Position numbers and translations under genes: made by a program. A stretch of 64,000 nucleotides of DNA from Lingula anatina (taxonomy: Eukaryota; Animalia; Brachiopoda): the NCBI GenBank assembly GCA_051362555.1, contig CM120647.1, positions 11,818,651 to 11,882,650 on the forward strand, written 5' to 3'. A model generated the notes under the pieces. It did not search any database. It saw nothing but the letters and a program-made list of their open reading frames with translations, and was not told the DNA's origin. Every line of letters starts with the position of its first letter. Position 1 is the stretch's first letter. This document shows, piece by piece, positions 38,001 to 47,201 of this stretch.

Positions 38001-39917
38001 GGCCATGAGAAAAAAAAACTAAATAAATTAACGCTTTTTTCACATTTGCATTAGTTGTTTCTCCATGACTTAACCAATCCCCCAGCTTCACATATTTAAC
38101 AATATAAACAGTTTTAATTTGGTACTATCAATAATAATGAAAGAAACAGGGCGATATGCATCCCAAAATTTCCGTGTACCAACCATTTTGGGCAAGAGTG
38201 TATATCGTTTTTACCCTTTGGTGTACCTTGAAAAAATTTACTTATATTTCTCTATTTTTTTTCTTCGCCTCGCACATACAGATATTGAAATATTCAAATG
38301 TTTCAAAGAACTTGTATATATTTTAAAGAAGTTTATAATTAAAGTTATTTTATGTATTAAACTATGTATGAAGCCATCATTTTAAATGTGCCCTTTAATG
38401 TAATGCCTTAACTACGTCTTAGACCCTATTCCCAGAGATTAGATCGATCCGACTAGATCGACCTAACTCCCTATGGATTCACGCTAAATAGCTGTCAGTC
38501 GAGCGGGCAAGTAAGTTTATTGTCCCCTTACAGCTTGTAGTAGGCGGGACGGACATTTAAGCCGGATTATCTGACAGTAATCTAGTGAGACTCCCCACGG
38601 CGATAGATCCATCTAAAATCTATGGGAATGCACCCTTAATGCTATATTGTGATAATGTTTTGACATAGTAACGGCTACTGAACCTTTAAGGTTTTTAGAC
38701 CTTACATACATATTCAGGCACACACATACACGCTCACACCGAGTCCATATATAGCCATACATACATGTATATGTGTAATATCCCCTGCTCTCTCCCCAGG
38801 TATCAACCACGGCCCGGTGGTGGCTGGGGTGATTGGAGCCAAGAAACCGCAGTACGATATCTGGGGCAATACCGTCAACGTGGCCAGTAGGATGGACAGT
38901 ACGGGAGAACTGGGCAGAATACAGGTACTGGTTTACACCCTTCTCTCTCTCTCTCTCTCTCTCTCCTTCCATCTCTTTCGCCTCATTTATTTCTCTCACT
39001 TTCTCTCTCTGTCGTCTCCTCTCTCTCTGCTCCCCTCTCCCTCTCTCCCCTCTCTGCCTCCTTGCTCTCTCTCTAATCTTCTAGCGCCTTCTTTCTATCA
39101 TCCCTTCATTAGTTCTCCTTCAATTCGATCTTTCTGTCTGTCTCAGTCTGTGAGGCTTTTTGACAAGTGACAAATATAGTACAGAAGGTATATAAAAGTT
39201 ACTGTAAAATATTGTTTGCTCAGCAGGCAAATGCGCCGTTGAATAATTGCCATGTTACTGTACGGGGAGTGCAATCTTCTAGTCAAGGCTGTTTACGGTT
39301 TTATTTTAGTACTAATTTGATGATAATTCGTTCGGATTTACATTTCTCGTATTCAATTTTCAATCTTCGAGTATGAAACATGCAGATGAAAAACAACGAA
39401 AGCTTTGCATTTATATAGTGTATAAAATTTAGTTAAAAAATCAGTGCATTATAAGCATTTTACTTTTTTTCCCTTTTTTATTAAGGTTACGGAAGAAACA
39501 TACAAAATTTTGTGTCGTAGAGGATTTCAGTTTGAATTTCGGGGAACAGTTCCAGTAAAAGGAAAAGGTGATTTGCGGACTTATTACTTGATCGGAAGAG
39601 GCGGAAAAGTGAGGCGCGATCGCACACTGAGCATGCGCAGAATGAGTGGTCAGCACACGCTGGCGGCCCTGGTCTGCGGACTTGTCCAGGCAAGGCGGCG
39701 ATCACAAAGACAGAGCAAGCGGTTAGGTGACCGCGTCTCCACGGCCAGCTTTCGTAGTGTACATAGTTTGGGAGAAGGCAAGAGTCAAAGTTTGTTGCCC
39801 TCCCCAACAGCGCCCATGCGCGCGAGGTCATATAATCTCCCGCCAATCAGCGCCGCAGACACACCCACTGAGGAGACATCTGAAGATATGGGAACGCCGG
39901 AAAAAAGCCACGTGTGA
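16495..39917 (+). CDS. ADCY8: Transmembrane adenylate cyclase, type 8-like (20 coding exons, 4074 nt, 1357 aa)
   Basis: Exons 16495-17769, 23298-23447, 26136-26275, 29701-29812, 30931-31058, 31602-31760, 32179-32323, 32582-32710, 32977-33171, 33353-33456, 33827-34028, 34333-34380, 34661-34806, 35020-35086, 35365-35523, 36083-36229, 36757-36849, 37146-37263, 38800-38924, 39486-39917 splice in frame with GT..AG. C1a motifs [31 protein letters not shown]; C2a motifs [43 protein letters not shown]8-type signatures from recall: [43 protein letters not shown]. Confidence 0.93.
21763..22124 (+). mobile_element. Degenerate Helentron/DINE-1-like element
   Basis: ACTTCCGCCAA ... CTTGGCGGAGGT subterminal IRs, internal (TTA)n, decayed 3' end CAAGTT. 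Confidence 0.55.
23298..23447 (+). CDS. ADCY8: ADCY8-like exon 2
   Basis: tttcag|[15 protein letters not shown]...[10 protein letters not shown]...ENENQ|gtaaaa, 150 nt, phase 0-0. Confidence 0.95.
23941..24120. mobile_element. CAG-type TIR MITE with 5-bp TSD
   Basis: Perfect 13-bp TIR CAGGCCCGTAGCC / GGCTACGGGCCTG; flanks TGTGC/TGTAC. Confidence 0.82.
26136..26275 (+). CDS. ADCY8: ADCY8-like exon 3
   Basis: cgcag|[16 protein letters not shown]...[12 protein letters not shown]|gtaaa. Confidence 0.95.
29381..29626 (-). mobile_element. Helentron/DINE-1-like non-autonomous element
   Basis: Minus strand: ATTAC.TCCGCCAAGGAGGTTATGTTTTC, (TTTG/TCTG)n microsatellite, second subterminal IR TGGCGAAGGT, 3' hairpin GCGCTCTCGGAGTGC and CTAGTT end. 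Confidence 0.7.
29701..29812 (+). CDS. ADCY8: ADCY8-like exon 4 (C1a, first metal-binding Asp)
   Basis: tttcag|(S)[37 protein letters not shown]|gtattc. Confidence 0.96.
30931..31058 (+). CDS. ADCY8: ADCY8-like exon 5 (C1a, second metal-binding Asp)
   Basis: ttccag|[42 protein letters not shown]|gtaggt. Confidence 0.96.
31299..31580. mobile_element. Non-autonomous TIR element, Academ-like (TAG..CTA termini, 3-bp TSD)
   Basis: TTC|TAGGCCAGT..AGGTTGGAAAAAT..GTGACAAA.GTTTCTCAACTG / CAGTTGAGAAAC.TTTGTCAC..ATTTTTTCCAACCT..ACTGGCCTA|TTC. Confidence 0.75.
31602..31760 (+). CDS. ADCY8: ADCY8-like exon 6
   Basis: tttcag|[52 protein letters not shown]|gtatgt. Confidence 0.96.
32179..32323 (+). CDS. 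ADCY8: ADCY8-like exon 7
   Basis: cccag|[21 protein letters not shown]...[14 protein letters not shown]|gtgggt. Confidence 0.93.
32582..32710 (+). CDS. ADCY8: ADCY8-like exon 8 (C1b, variable)
   Basis: ttttcag|HDVNRNG...[14 protein letters not shown]|gtaggc, open, 129 nt, phase 0-0. Confidence 0.8.
32977..33171 (+). CDS. ADCY8: ADCY8-like exon 9 (C1b)
   Basis: tttcag|NYTVAG...[13 protein letters not shown]...[17 protein letters not shown]|gtgaaa, 195 nt. Confidence 0.88.
33353..33456 (+). CDS. ADCY8: ADCY8-like exon 10 (TM)
   Basis: ttccag|[34 protein letters not shown]|gtacgt. Confidence 0.87.
33827..34028 (+). CDS. ADCY8: ADCY8-like exon 11 (TM)
   Basis: tttcag|[11 protein letters not shown]...ILFAEEY...[11 protein letters not shown]|gtaagt. 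Confidence 0.88.
34333..34380 (+). CDS. ADCY8: ADCY8-like exon 12 (short extracellular loop)
   Basis: ttttag|[16 protein letters not shown]|gtaagt; ends in the C-x-x-P-E loop motif; 48 nt, phase 0-0. Confidence 0.8.
34661..34806 (+). CDS. ADCY8: ADCY8-like exon 13 (TM)
   Basis: tttcag|[28 protein letters not shown]...|gtaagt. Confidence 0.88.
34964..35013. repeat. (TTA)n microsatellite abutting the ADCY exon 14 acceptor
   Basis: pure TTA repeat followed by ttctag. Confidence 0.95.
35020..35086 (+). CDS. ADCY8: ADCY8-like exon 14 (last TM)
   Basis: ttctag|[22 protein letters not shown]|gtaaag. Confidence 0.85.
35365..35523 (+). CDS. ADCY8: ADCY8-like exon 15
   Basis: ttctag|[19 protein letters not shown]...[15 protein letters not shown]...DE|gtatgg. 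Confidence 0.95.
35800..36057 (-). mobile_element. CAG-type TIR MITE with perfect 5-bp TSD (AGCAT)
   Basis: AGCAT|CAGTAG...AAATAATCCTGGATCC...CCCCTG|AGCAT; core AGCTGAATCGTAGTTCTAAA..GGCACCGTTTGCCC. Confidence 0.78.
36083..36229 (+). CDS. ADCY8: ADCY8-like exon 16 (C2a)
   Basis: ttccag|[20 protein letters not shown]...[17 protein letters not shown]|gtgagc. Confidence 0.96.
36757..36849 (+). CDS. ADCY8: ADCY8-like exon 17 (C2a, substrate-specifying Lys)
   Basis: gacag|[31 protein letters not shown]|gtagat. Confidence 0.96.
37146..37263 (+). CDS. ADCY8: ADCY8-like exon 18
   Basis: long pyrimidine tract + aag|[17 protein letters not shown]...[13 protein letters not shown]|gtgagt. Confidence 0.92.
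37362..38200 (+). mobile_element. Internally deleted Tc1-family (DD34E) transposon in ADCY intron 18
   Basis: Perfect 27-bp TIRs CACTCTTGCCCAAAATGGTTGGTACAC, TA on both flanks (37360-61, 38201-02); remnant transposase GGGSV..WG..., [35 protein letters not shown] with 34 aa between D and E. Confidence 0.95.
37392..37870 (+). pseudogene. Tc1 transposase C-terminal fragment
   Basis: DNA-binding domain and first Asp missing; +1 frameshift near 37423 and in-frame TAG near 37523; open 3' part 37562-37870. Confidence 0.88.
38422..38635. mobile_element. MITE family A copy in ADCY intron 18
   Basis: Collinear with 5611-5825; TTA on both sides; ATTCCC/GGGAAT termini. Confidence 0.9.
38800..38924 (+). 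CDS. ADCY8: ADCY8-like exon 19 (C2a catalytic Asn/Arg)
   Basis: ccccag|(G)[41 protein letters not shown]|gtactg. Confidence 0.97.
38941..39100. repeat. CT-rich low-complexity tract
   Basis: (CT)n grading into pyrimidine-rich sequence after ADCY exon 19. Confidence 0.8.
39486..39917 (+). CDS. ADCY8: ADCY8-like terminal exon 20 (end of C2a plus C2b tail)
   Basis: ttaag|VTEETYKIL...[17 protein letters not shown]...[15 protein letters not shown]...HV*. Confidence 0.93.
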   Translation, partial: VTEETYKILCRRGFQFEFRGTVPVKGKGDLRTYYLIGRGGKVRRDRTLSMRRMSGQHTLAALVCGLVQARRRSQRQSKRLGDRVSTASFRSVHSLGEGKSQSLLPSPTAPMRARSYNLPPISAADTPTEETSEDMGTPEKSHV

Positions 39918-40667
39918 ATATCTTCACCAATAGAGAAAGTGGAACTAGTCAACCAGATCTGATTGGCATATCGTAATGAATGATGATTAAAACACACGAT
40001 AAAGTTGTTACAGAATGGTGCTCGGGCAGTCAATACAAAGGGCTCGGTGGCGTATAGTTTTCATTTATACTGATGGGTACACGTATTATTTAAAACAGAT
40101 TTTTTCGAAAGAAAAAATATAATAAGCGACTTTCGAAAATAACTCAGATATTTTGAACTTTTTCATACACGGAGGTCATGGTTGTGATACCGGGAATTTG
40201 TCACTTGATGTCTTAAAAACAACAGAACATACGTGTAAGTAAGGGACAATATAAGTATTTTTTTTTGGGGGGGGGGGTATAAAGACGATTCTTGGTATTT
40301 ATCTGTTGAGAATTTGGTGGAGATGTAGAGGGCATTTTGCCCTTTCAAAAGATGGTCAGAATATTAATTGTAAAAAAGACTATTCTGCACACTAATGAAA
40401 ATTTAGAATCCAAAGTTCTAATCAATGGACCAACTACTGTCTCTTGTATATTTATATAGATTGAAAATTGAAATCCAACTACGACTAGTTTTAAACTGTA
40501 ATTCTATCTAAGTTTAATGTATGTACTATAAAACTAATGTACAAAATCCTACACGTTGTACTGGACTTAAAATCTGAAAAATATTCATATTATCGGTCCA
40601 TATATATATTTTGACGAATATTTTAGACTTCATTGAAATTCTACATATATATTCTTCGAAGCACATA

Positions 40668-40673
40668 AATAAA
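40668..40673 (+). terminator. Candidate polyadenylation signal of the ADCY8-like gene
   Basis: First AATAAA noticed downstream of the stop (~750 nt). Confidence 0.4.
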
Positions 40674-41540
40674 TGCAACAGTGCTTGATAAAAACAATAC
40701 GATATTTGCCTTTCGAATTATATGTAGATCTAAAACATGTGGCAAATATGACAGCGTCATATACGTGTAGTTTCTTATCGCACAATGTATTACACAAATA
40801 ATATAACTGCAGTACTACCCTTCATATGAAGCATTGTTTTCAGCGCTTCAGCTCACAGTTTCTGAAAGGACAAATAGCTATGTATGAAAATATACCGTAA
40901 CTCTCTTAATTTAAGGAACAGACCAGAGATTATATCTGATAATTATTATGACATAAAATATTTGACTACGTTACTTCTTTTTAAGAATCTAAAAGAGTGT
41001 TAAATTATGATCACCAAGCTCAAGATTCTCGGTCGGTCATGGAGTCGCGTGCTTGCCACTCTTGATATAAGACGATTTAATCAAAATGTTTTTCATACGT
41101 CATCTCTCTTATGACACTTCAGCATTTTTGAGAACTTGCCACTTAACAGGGTCAATGTATCCATTCCGTATGTGGACTGGTTGTTCGACACACCAGGTGC
41201 GAAAATATACCAACTTTGTGTCTGACACATCCATTTCAGCCCGATCTTGATTAGTCAAAGAGTGCATTCAAAATCACCCTTTGTATCAGCTGGACCATTC
41301 CAAGTCTGCGGGGGATTCCGGCAAAAGTTCAATCAGTGGAATCATCTCAATCAGCACACGATGGTTAATTGCCTCTAGATGCGCAAGGAAGCATGTTAGA
41401 CAATTAAATTGATTGCACAGATTGCACTTCGCAAAAATCGACCACAAAGTTAGACCGACCAGGCTAGTATCATGGGTGAATATGAATGCGGTCATAGACA
41501 TCCAACCCTGACGAGCGAATTCAGTCTGACGTTGCTCAGT

Positions 41541-41707
41541 CTAGTCGTCATCCTTTTTCCCGTACTTCAGCATTCTCGTGAACTCCACATAGTCAAATTT
41601 TCCGTTCTTAATCGGCGCTCCGTTAAACAGCTCGTCCACCATTTCGTCCGTCCACCTGTCACCCATTGACGTCATCAGCGTCCGAAGTCTCTCCGGTGTG
41701 ATCTTAC
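41541..41707 (-). CDS. Myosin RLC coding exon 3
   Basis: tttcag|(G)[18 protein letters not shown]...[11 protein letters not shown]. Confidence 0.95.
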
Positions 41708-43951
41708 CTGAAATAAATTTTTAAAAAAACTACAGCCATTTTGTAATAGTAGAGACACCTGGTTAGTAATGAGGCCTGGTCGTGATACACAATAAATCCA
41801 TTGGACCTGCTCATAAATGGCTGAATTCACTTGGTAGAAGCAATAGGGTACTAGTAATCCCCTGCCCTTGCCGTTTAACTCTCCAGATATTTTATTTCTG
41901 GGTAGTCAGGATGTGGAAACTACTGGGGAAACATTTATCCGAGGATGGCCACTATCTCTAGCTTTGGCAACACGCCTGCTGTGTTTGGTGTAGGTGAACG
42001 GGATGAAATTACCGCGGTACTTGAATTGGGATACCTCTGTAATCTAGCACCTGATCTCCTCTAATGATAATCTAGACCCCGCCCTCTGTAAAGGCGGGCA
42101 GAGGGTCAAACTTATGTGGGGATCGACTCCCCGTGGCATTCTTTTAAGTCTCAAAACGTATACTTGATTCTGACGTTTTTAACGCAAAGCGTGGAGATTA
42201 CAGTAGGGTTTCATAGAGAGGGAGAGCTCTACTCAATCATTGCACTTAGACTTAAATTCAGACAATTAACGCACTTGGCCAAGTGTCAACGAGCCTAATG
42301 AAAGTCCAATCTTAAGTGTTAACCAGATTGTTGCCGTGAACACCTCCTTCCCAGGACGCCAGTGAAGGTGCTAATATGTGAACACTTAAATTGGGTTTCC
42401 ATGCTTGGATCGATGGATCGATCTAACTCCCTAGGGAGTCTCATTAAATTGCTGTAAACTAGCCGGCTTTAATGCCTATCACGCCTACCGAATCAGCTAG
42501 GGGGTAAAGATAATTACCCCAACAGCTTTACTAGGCATATGACAGACATTTAAGCCAGTTTAGTTAACAGCAATTTAGTGAGACTCCCCAGGGAGGTAGA
42601 TCGATCCAAATATCTTTAGGAATGGTCCCTTACACAACTGCGTCAAATGGTCTGTCTTTATATTACGGTTTCTAGCCCACTGGAAATAACAACGCAAATT
42701 AATTTACATCAATAAGTGGCCCAATTGGCCCAATTTTCTTTAGGGTCTTATAGGACTTTTTTGTAAGAATGATGTATTTTCTTCAACCTCCAGGCGAAAC
42801 CTGTTCTCAATGTGTTTAAACGCCCATACGACCAAAACGACTTTTGGTAAATTAGTTGAAGGAATTCTACATAGGTTTTTGAACCATCATTTATCTAGAC
42901 CGCCATTCCCCGGGCGTCTTCCTGACATTTCTCAATATCCGCATCAGATACGCTTCAGATATACTTTCATTTGAGGGGCTTTATCGTGTTTGGGGTCTAA
43001 CTAGAAAATGATTCGCTATGAGCTTTGTAGAGTTTCAGACATAAAGATTTTACTTTGGAATATTTTCAGACACGTAAAGAATTCATTTAACTGTATTAAT
43101 TTTGACAGTGAATGAATTGGTATGAAAGGCGCGTACATGTACCTGTACCGTTTTCGTCAAAACACCCAAAAGCATTCTTTATGACGTCAGCAGGGTCGGT
43201 GCCGTTGAGTTTCTCGCCAAATAACGTGAGAAACATCGTGAAGTTGAGCGGCCCGGGGGCCTCGCTCACCATCTGCTCCAAGTAGTCATCATCCGGGTCT
43301 TTTCCCAGTGACGTCAGCATCTCGAGAAGGTCTTCTTTGTCCACGAAACCATCGTGATTCTGGTCGATCATATTGAATGCTTCCTGTTTGACAAAAAAAA
43401 AATGAAATAATAAAGGTGATGATGATAAAAAGGAATAAACAGATCAAGAACATATCATTCACATAAAGAAACTGCTTTTACCCCTTTCACCGTACTAGAT
43501 GTGCACCCTAGAGGAGATTCTTCTTTTAAAAACTTAAAAAGTTTAAGTTTCCTTGCACTATCACAGAGCAAAAGATATGCCGATAAGGTAAATTTGTTAT
43601 CAAATTCACTAAAAGATAGATAAATAGGCCTAAATCGATATATTAGAAATTCGAAAAATATAACAGTGATAACAACGACACCAAAATCATTTTTAGCCAA
43701 GCAGCATTTTAGAAATAGCCTAGACACGCCATTGCGTTTTGTTAACATCCCAACCAATCTCATCAATCCTATCTCTGCAACACAATGTGTACGTCACAAC
43801 CAACACCTCCGTCTCACCAACCGCAATCAGCCGCCCCACCTACCTTAAACTCCTGTATCTGCTCCTGGTTGAACATGGAGAACACGTTGGACGTGTAGCG
43901 ACCTGTTCGAGGCCGTTTGTTTTTCTTCTTGGAACCCTTCTTGCTAGACAT
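41541..43951 (-). CDS. Myosin regulatory light chain (MYL9/MYL12/sqh family), 3 coding exons, 171 aa
   Basis: Exons 43951-43844, 43383-43143, 41707-41541 splice in frame: MSSKKG...[38 protein letters not shown]...[22 protein letters not shown]...[14 protein letters not shown]...[23 protein letters not shown]-hand and Thr-Ser phosphorylation motif present. Confidence 0.95.
42389..42629. mobile_element. MITE family A copy (strongly palindromic) in myosin RLC intron
   Basis: GATCGATCTAACTCCCTAGGGAGTCTCATTAAATTGCTGT / ACAGCAATTTAGTGAGACTCCCCAGGGAGGTAGATCGATC arms; ends GGAATGGTCCC|TTA. Confidence 0.85.
43143..43383 (-). CDS. Myosin RLC coding exon 2
   Basis: aaacag|[12 protein letters not shown]...FDENGT G|gtacat. 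Confidence 0.95.
43844..43951 (-). CDS. Myosin RLC coding exon 1
   Basis: Acceptor tttcag (exon starts 43973), ATG at 43951, donor AAG|gtaggt; the acceptor implies an upstream non-coding exon. Confidence 0.93.
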
Positions 43952-44942
43952 CCTGGATATTTTGGTCCTAGTTCTGAAAGCGAAATAGTTTAAATGCATC
44001 AGACAAGGGTTTACAGTGTACGTACCTCCTTCAAAAGGTTTTAATCGACTACTGGTGAATGGTATATAAACCGATCCTACGTAAGGACTGCAATATTGGA
44101 AAAGTTTCAAGTTAAAGCCATCTCGCATTTGTCATGAATATAATTAAAACATGTTTGACAAATACATACTATAAATAAAGTTATTTGTTACAGTACACCA
44201 AATGAGTTTGTTAATAAGCTCCTGTTCCCCCGGACTTGCGACTGCCGGAAAACCATACGGGTATTCCAAAAGCTCTCTCATGGAAACGGGCAATCACATG
44301 TACACCCAAACAAATTGCACAAAAAATATAACCCCTATCCAAAGATATGAGTGTTTCAAAAGCTTCTTCAGGAATTATAAGTGCAAGAACTTTACTCAAT
44401 GTATGTTTTCTCAATTGGCCTTTCCCCTGGACGTTTCGCTTCGCTTCGCTATTCAACAAAATCAGGATGTGAAATATTAAGAAACACATACACACGTATC
44501 TATTTTCCATAGAAATCATTCAGACACCAAACTGCTAACATTAATTAGCCAAAGTATCTCAAGTGTCTGGAAAAGACGATAAAGTTGAAAAGTGCCTATA
44601 TGTAGAAAGTGCACTTAACCCCAAAACGACTGCGTTCTTCTTAGATACAGGGATATTCTGACTTGCAAATTTAATTAAACGAGGTACCCTTATCTGTTAT
44701 CTGGCTACTGGGAGCTTTCTAAGAGCGACGGGGTCCAGCTGGAAGTAAAAATTGTAATTACCTAGAGTATCGGACCGGTGTTTACGCATGTGCTCGGCTC
44801 TGTTTACACAAGAACAACGATGGTTCTGTTCACGGCGCACCTGGTGTGCTTTCTTTACTTACTTTCGTTGCTGTGACGGAGAGGGGTCACTTTTTTTTCT
44901 TTCTTTCTTTCTTTCTTTCTTTCTTTTCTTTCCAATTTAATC

Positions 44943-44943
<1 letters not shown>

Positions 44944-45004
<61 letters not shown>
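44944..45004. repeat. (TTA)n microsatellite, preceded by (TTTC)n
   Basis: pure repeat. Confidence 0.95.
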
Positions 45005-45006
<2 letters not shown>

Positions 45007-45554
45007 CGTTTCGTTCTGCAAGTTAACACGTAACATTAGCGTTTGGACAGCTACATGTGTACATAAGGTTTCATAAAGAGCAACAGACAAATCTTGTGGA
45101 AAAGACATTCAAAACTATATAATAAGCACGCTTTAAGCACTATCATTACGTAAACATGTACGCCAAATAAATGGCAGCTTAATGTAAAACAGACAGTTGC
45201 CCTACAAATGTGAATATTGGTCTAAGGTTAAACTAACCCCGCTAAAAATACCAGCTAATGCGCGTGAAAAAATTAATCTCATACGTTTCCAAAATCGAGG
45301 TGAATCGTGTTTCAGTCCCGTTTTCGAAACGAAAGGTTTCTTTCTATAGCGAACATAATTCAATTTAATTGCCTTTAAAGGTGTTTTCATCTTCAGCTAA
45401 GGGAGCATCTATCATCAAGTTTCCCCTTCATAGACTTCAAACGGCAGCGAAACGTGCTGTTCAAAGACCACACGAGAATGATTTAAGGAAATTCCGCCGC
45501 CTTTCAACCCCCTTCCTGGAGAAATTCAGTTCCTCTGAGCTAACATCGAACGAT

Positions 45555-45598
<44 letters not shown>

Positions 45599-45655
45599 AG
45601 CTAAAATGTCTTGTCTTGTTCATTTCTGCCAAACCATCACCCTTTTTATAGGAGG

Positions 45656-45917
45656 CAGGTCTTATAAACGGATTAGGGGTTTAATAACTCGACCCACAGA
45701 TGTTTAAGCGGTAATGCCCATATTAACGACATAACCCACAAATTAACCAGCGCTACCAGAGTGGATGAATGTTAATGAGTGCTAGGTATCGCTTTGTTGG
45801 TGCTAAATAATTTTACGGTGCGTTGGTTAATTTGTGGGTTTTGTTGTTAATATGGGCGTTAGTGCCGAAATATCTGCGGGTAGTGTTAGTAAACGCCTTA
45901 CCCGTTTATAAGGCCTG
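45656..45917. mobile_element. Foldback element with ~95-bp imperfect arms and 5-bp TSD (GGAGG)
   Basis: GGAGG|CAGGTCTTATAAACGG...GCCCATATTAAC..AACCCACAAATTAACCA / TGGTTAATTTGTGGGTT..GTTAATATGGGC...CCGTTTATAAGGCCTG|GGAGG. Confidence 0.82.
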
Positions 45918-47012
45918 GGAGGCGTCTAAGAAAAAAAAAAAACAATACTCTCCATTGGAACGTAACACGTAATCGTGTGCACCCATCAAAGTTTCTTTAA
46001 ACAACAAAGCGGTGTTTCTTGCAGAGCCATGTTTCCAATAAAATATCTGAAACTAAGAGTACAGATATCTCAATCCTCGTACAGGAGTACATGTAGTTAT
46101 GTTTGACCTTTCTCGGTGCATCTTCCCGACATTGACTCACTGCTTTCCTTTCAAGTTTCTTTTCTTGGCCTGAACTTCAGATTAATTCACATTTATCAAA
46201 TCTTGAAGAGAACGCTGTGCACCATTCAATTTCTTGCTTGAAATAGCAACGCGTTACATGTTCTTTTGCGTTAATATAACTTATTACTGTGGGCAAAGTT
46301 ACTGGTGTGTTTGACAAAATAAATAACAATTAACTTGTTTACCAAAACCTTAATTTATTAAAGTCAAATTGCAAGTTATAAAACGTAGATATTTAGATAT
46401 TTTGAATCAGTCAAAAATATACACCTATGCTTGAGATAGAGCTTGAACTGTGTACCCCCCCCCCCCCCCCCCATTCAATGGAAGCGCTTGACAGGCGCCA
46501 TAGTGTGAGAAAAATGAAACCATTACCTGTTCAATGAAGACCTCTGCTACTAAACATTCCTACCTTCCATGCTGCCAAGAGTCGTTCAGCCTTTAAAAAT
46601 GTTACATTCCTCTGGAGGTTCTGTTCACATCTCACCTGGAGCGTCTTAATGATTACCTGGGGTGCAGACCCGTAATACTTTTATTAACGGTATCTCTGGT
46701 CGTGTTCACTACCGGGAATAGACCAAATGACGTCACTAGACGACAAGGCAGCGAAACAGGGGAGTCATATTGCTCAGGCACGATACAGAGGTTGCAGTTG
46801 GGAGTCTAGATACATTCTTGCACATATCTGACGGTTTGGTGAATAATACATTGAAATGCAGCGAGAATTGGAACACAATTCGTACAAACCGTTTTGTTTA
46901 TAGAAACGTCCCTAGCGACCAATGTTGTGACACGCGAAGTATACGCACCCCACATTGTATCTCTGCCCACCACATGGTCTACGTACCGTACACCATGGAG
47001 ACTCCAATAATA

Positions 47013-47201
47013 GACCTCATTCACAGCAGCGGACTAACAGATCCGAGAGTCAAATATGGAGACCCACTTAAAAGCTTGCCGCATAATCCCCTATTAGACA
47101 CTGAATGAATAGATTCCCTGCGGGGATTACGCGACAACCATTTTAGTGGGTCGGCCATATTTGGTCAGCGGATCTGTTAGTCCACTGTTGTGAATGCAGC
47201 C
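47013..47201. mobile_element. Palindromic MITE, PIF/Harbinger-like (family B)
   Basis: Arms CATTCACAGCAGCGGACTAACAGATCCG / CGGATCTGTTAGTCCACTGTTGTGAATG; ATA on both flanks; shares TCAAATATGG..CCACT core with 9693-9872. Confidence 0.8.
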
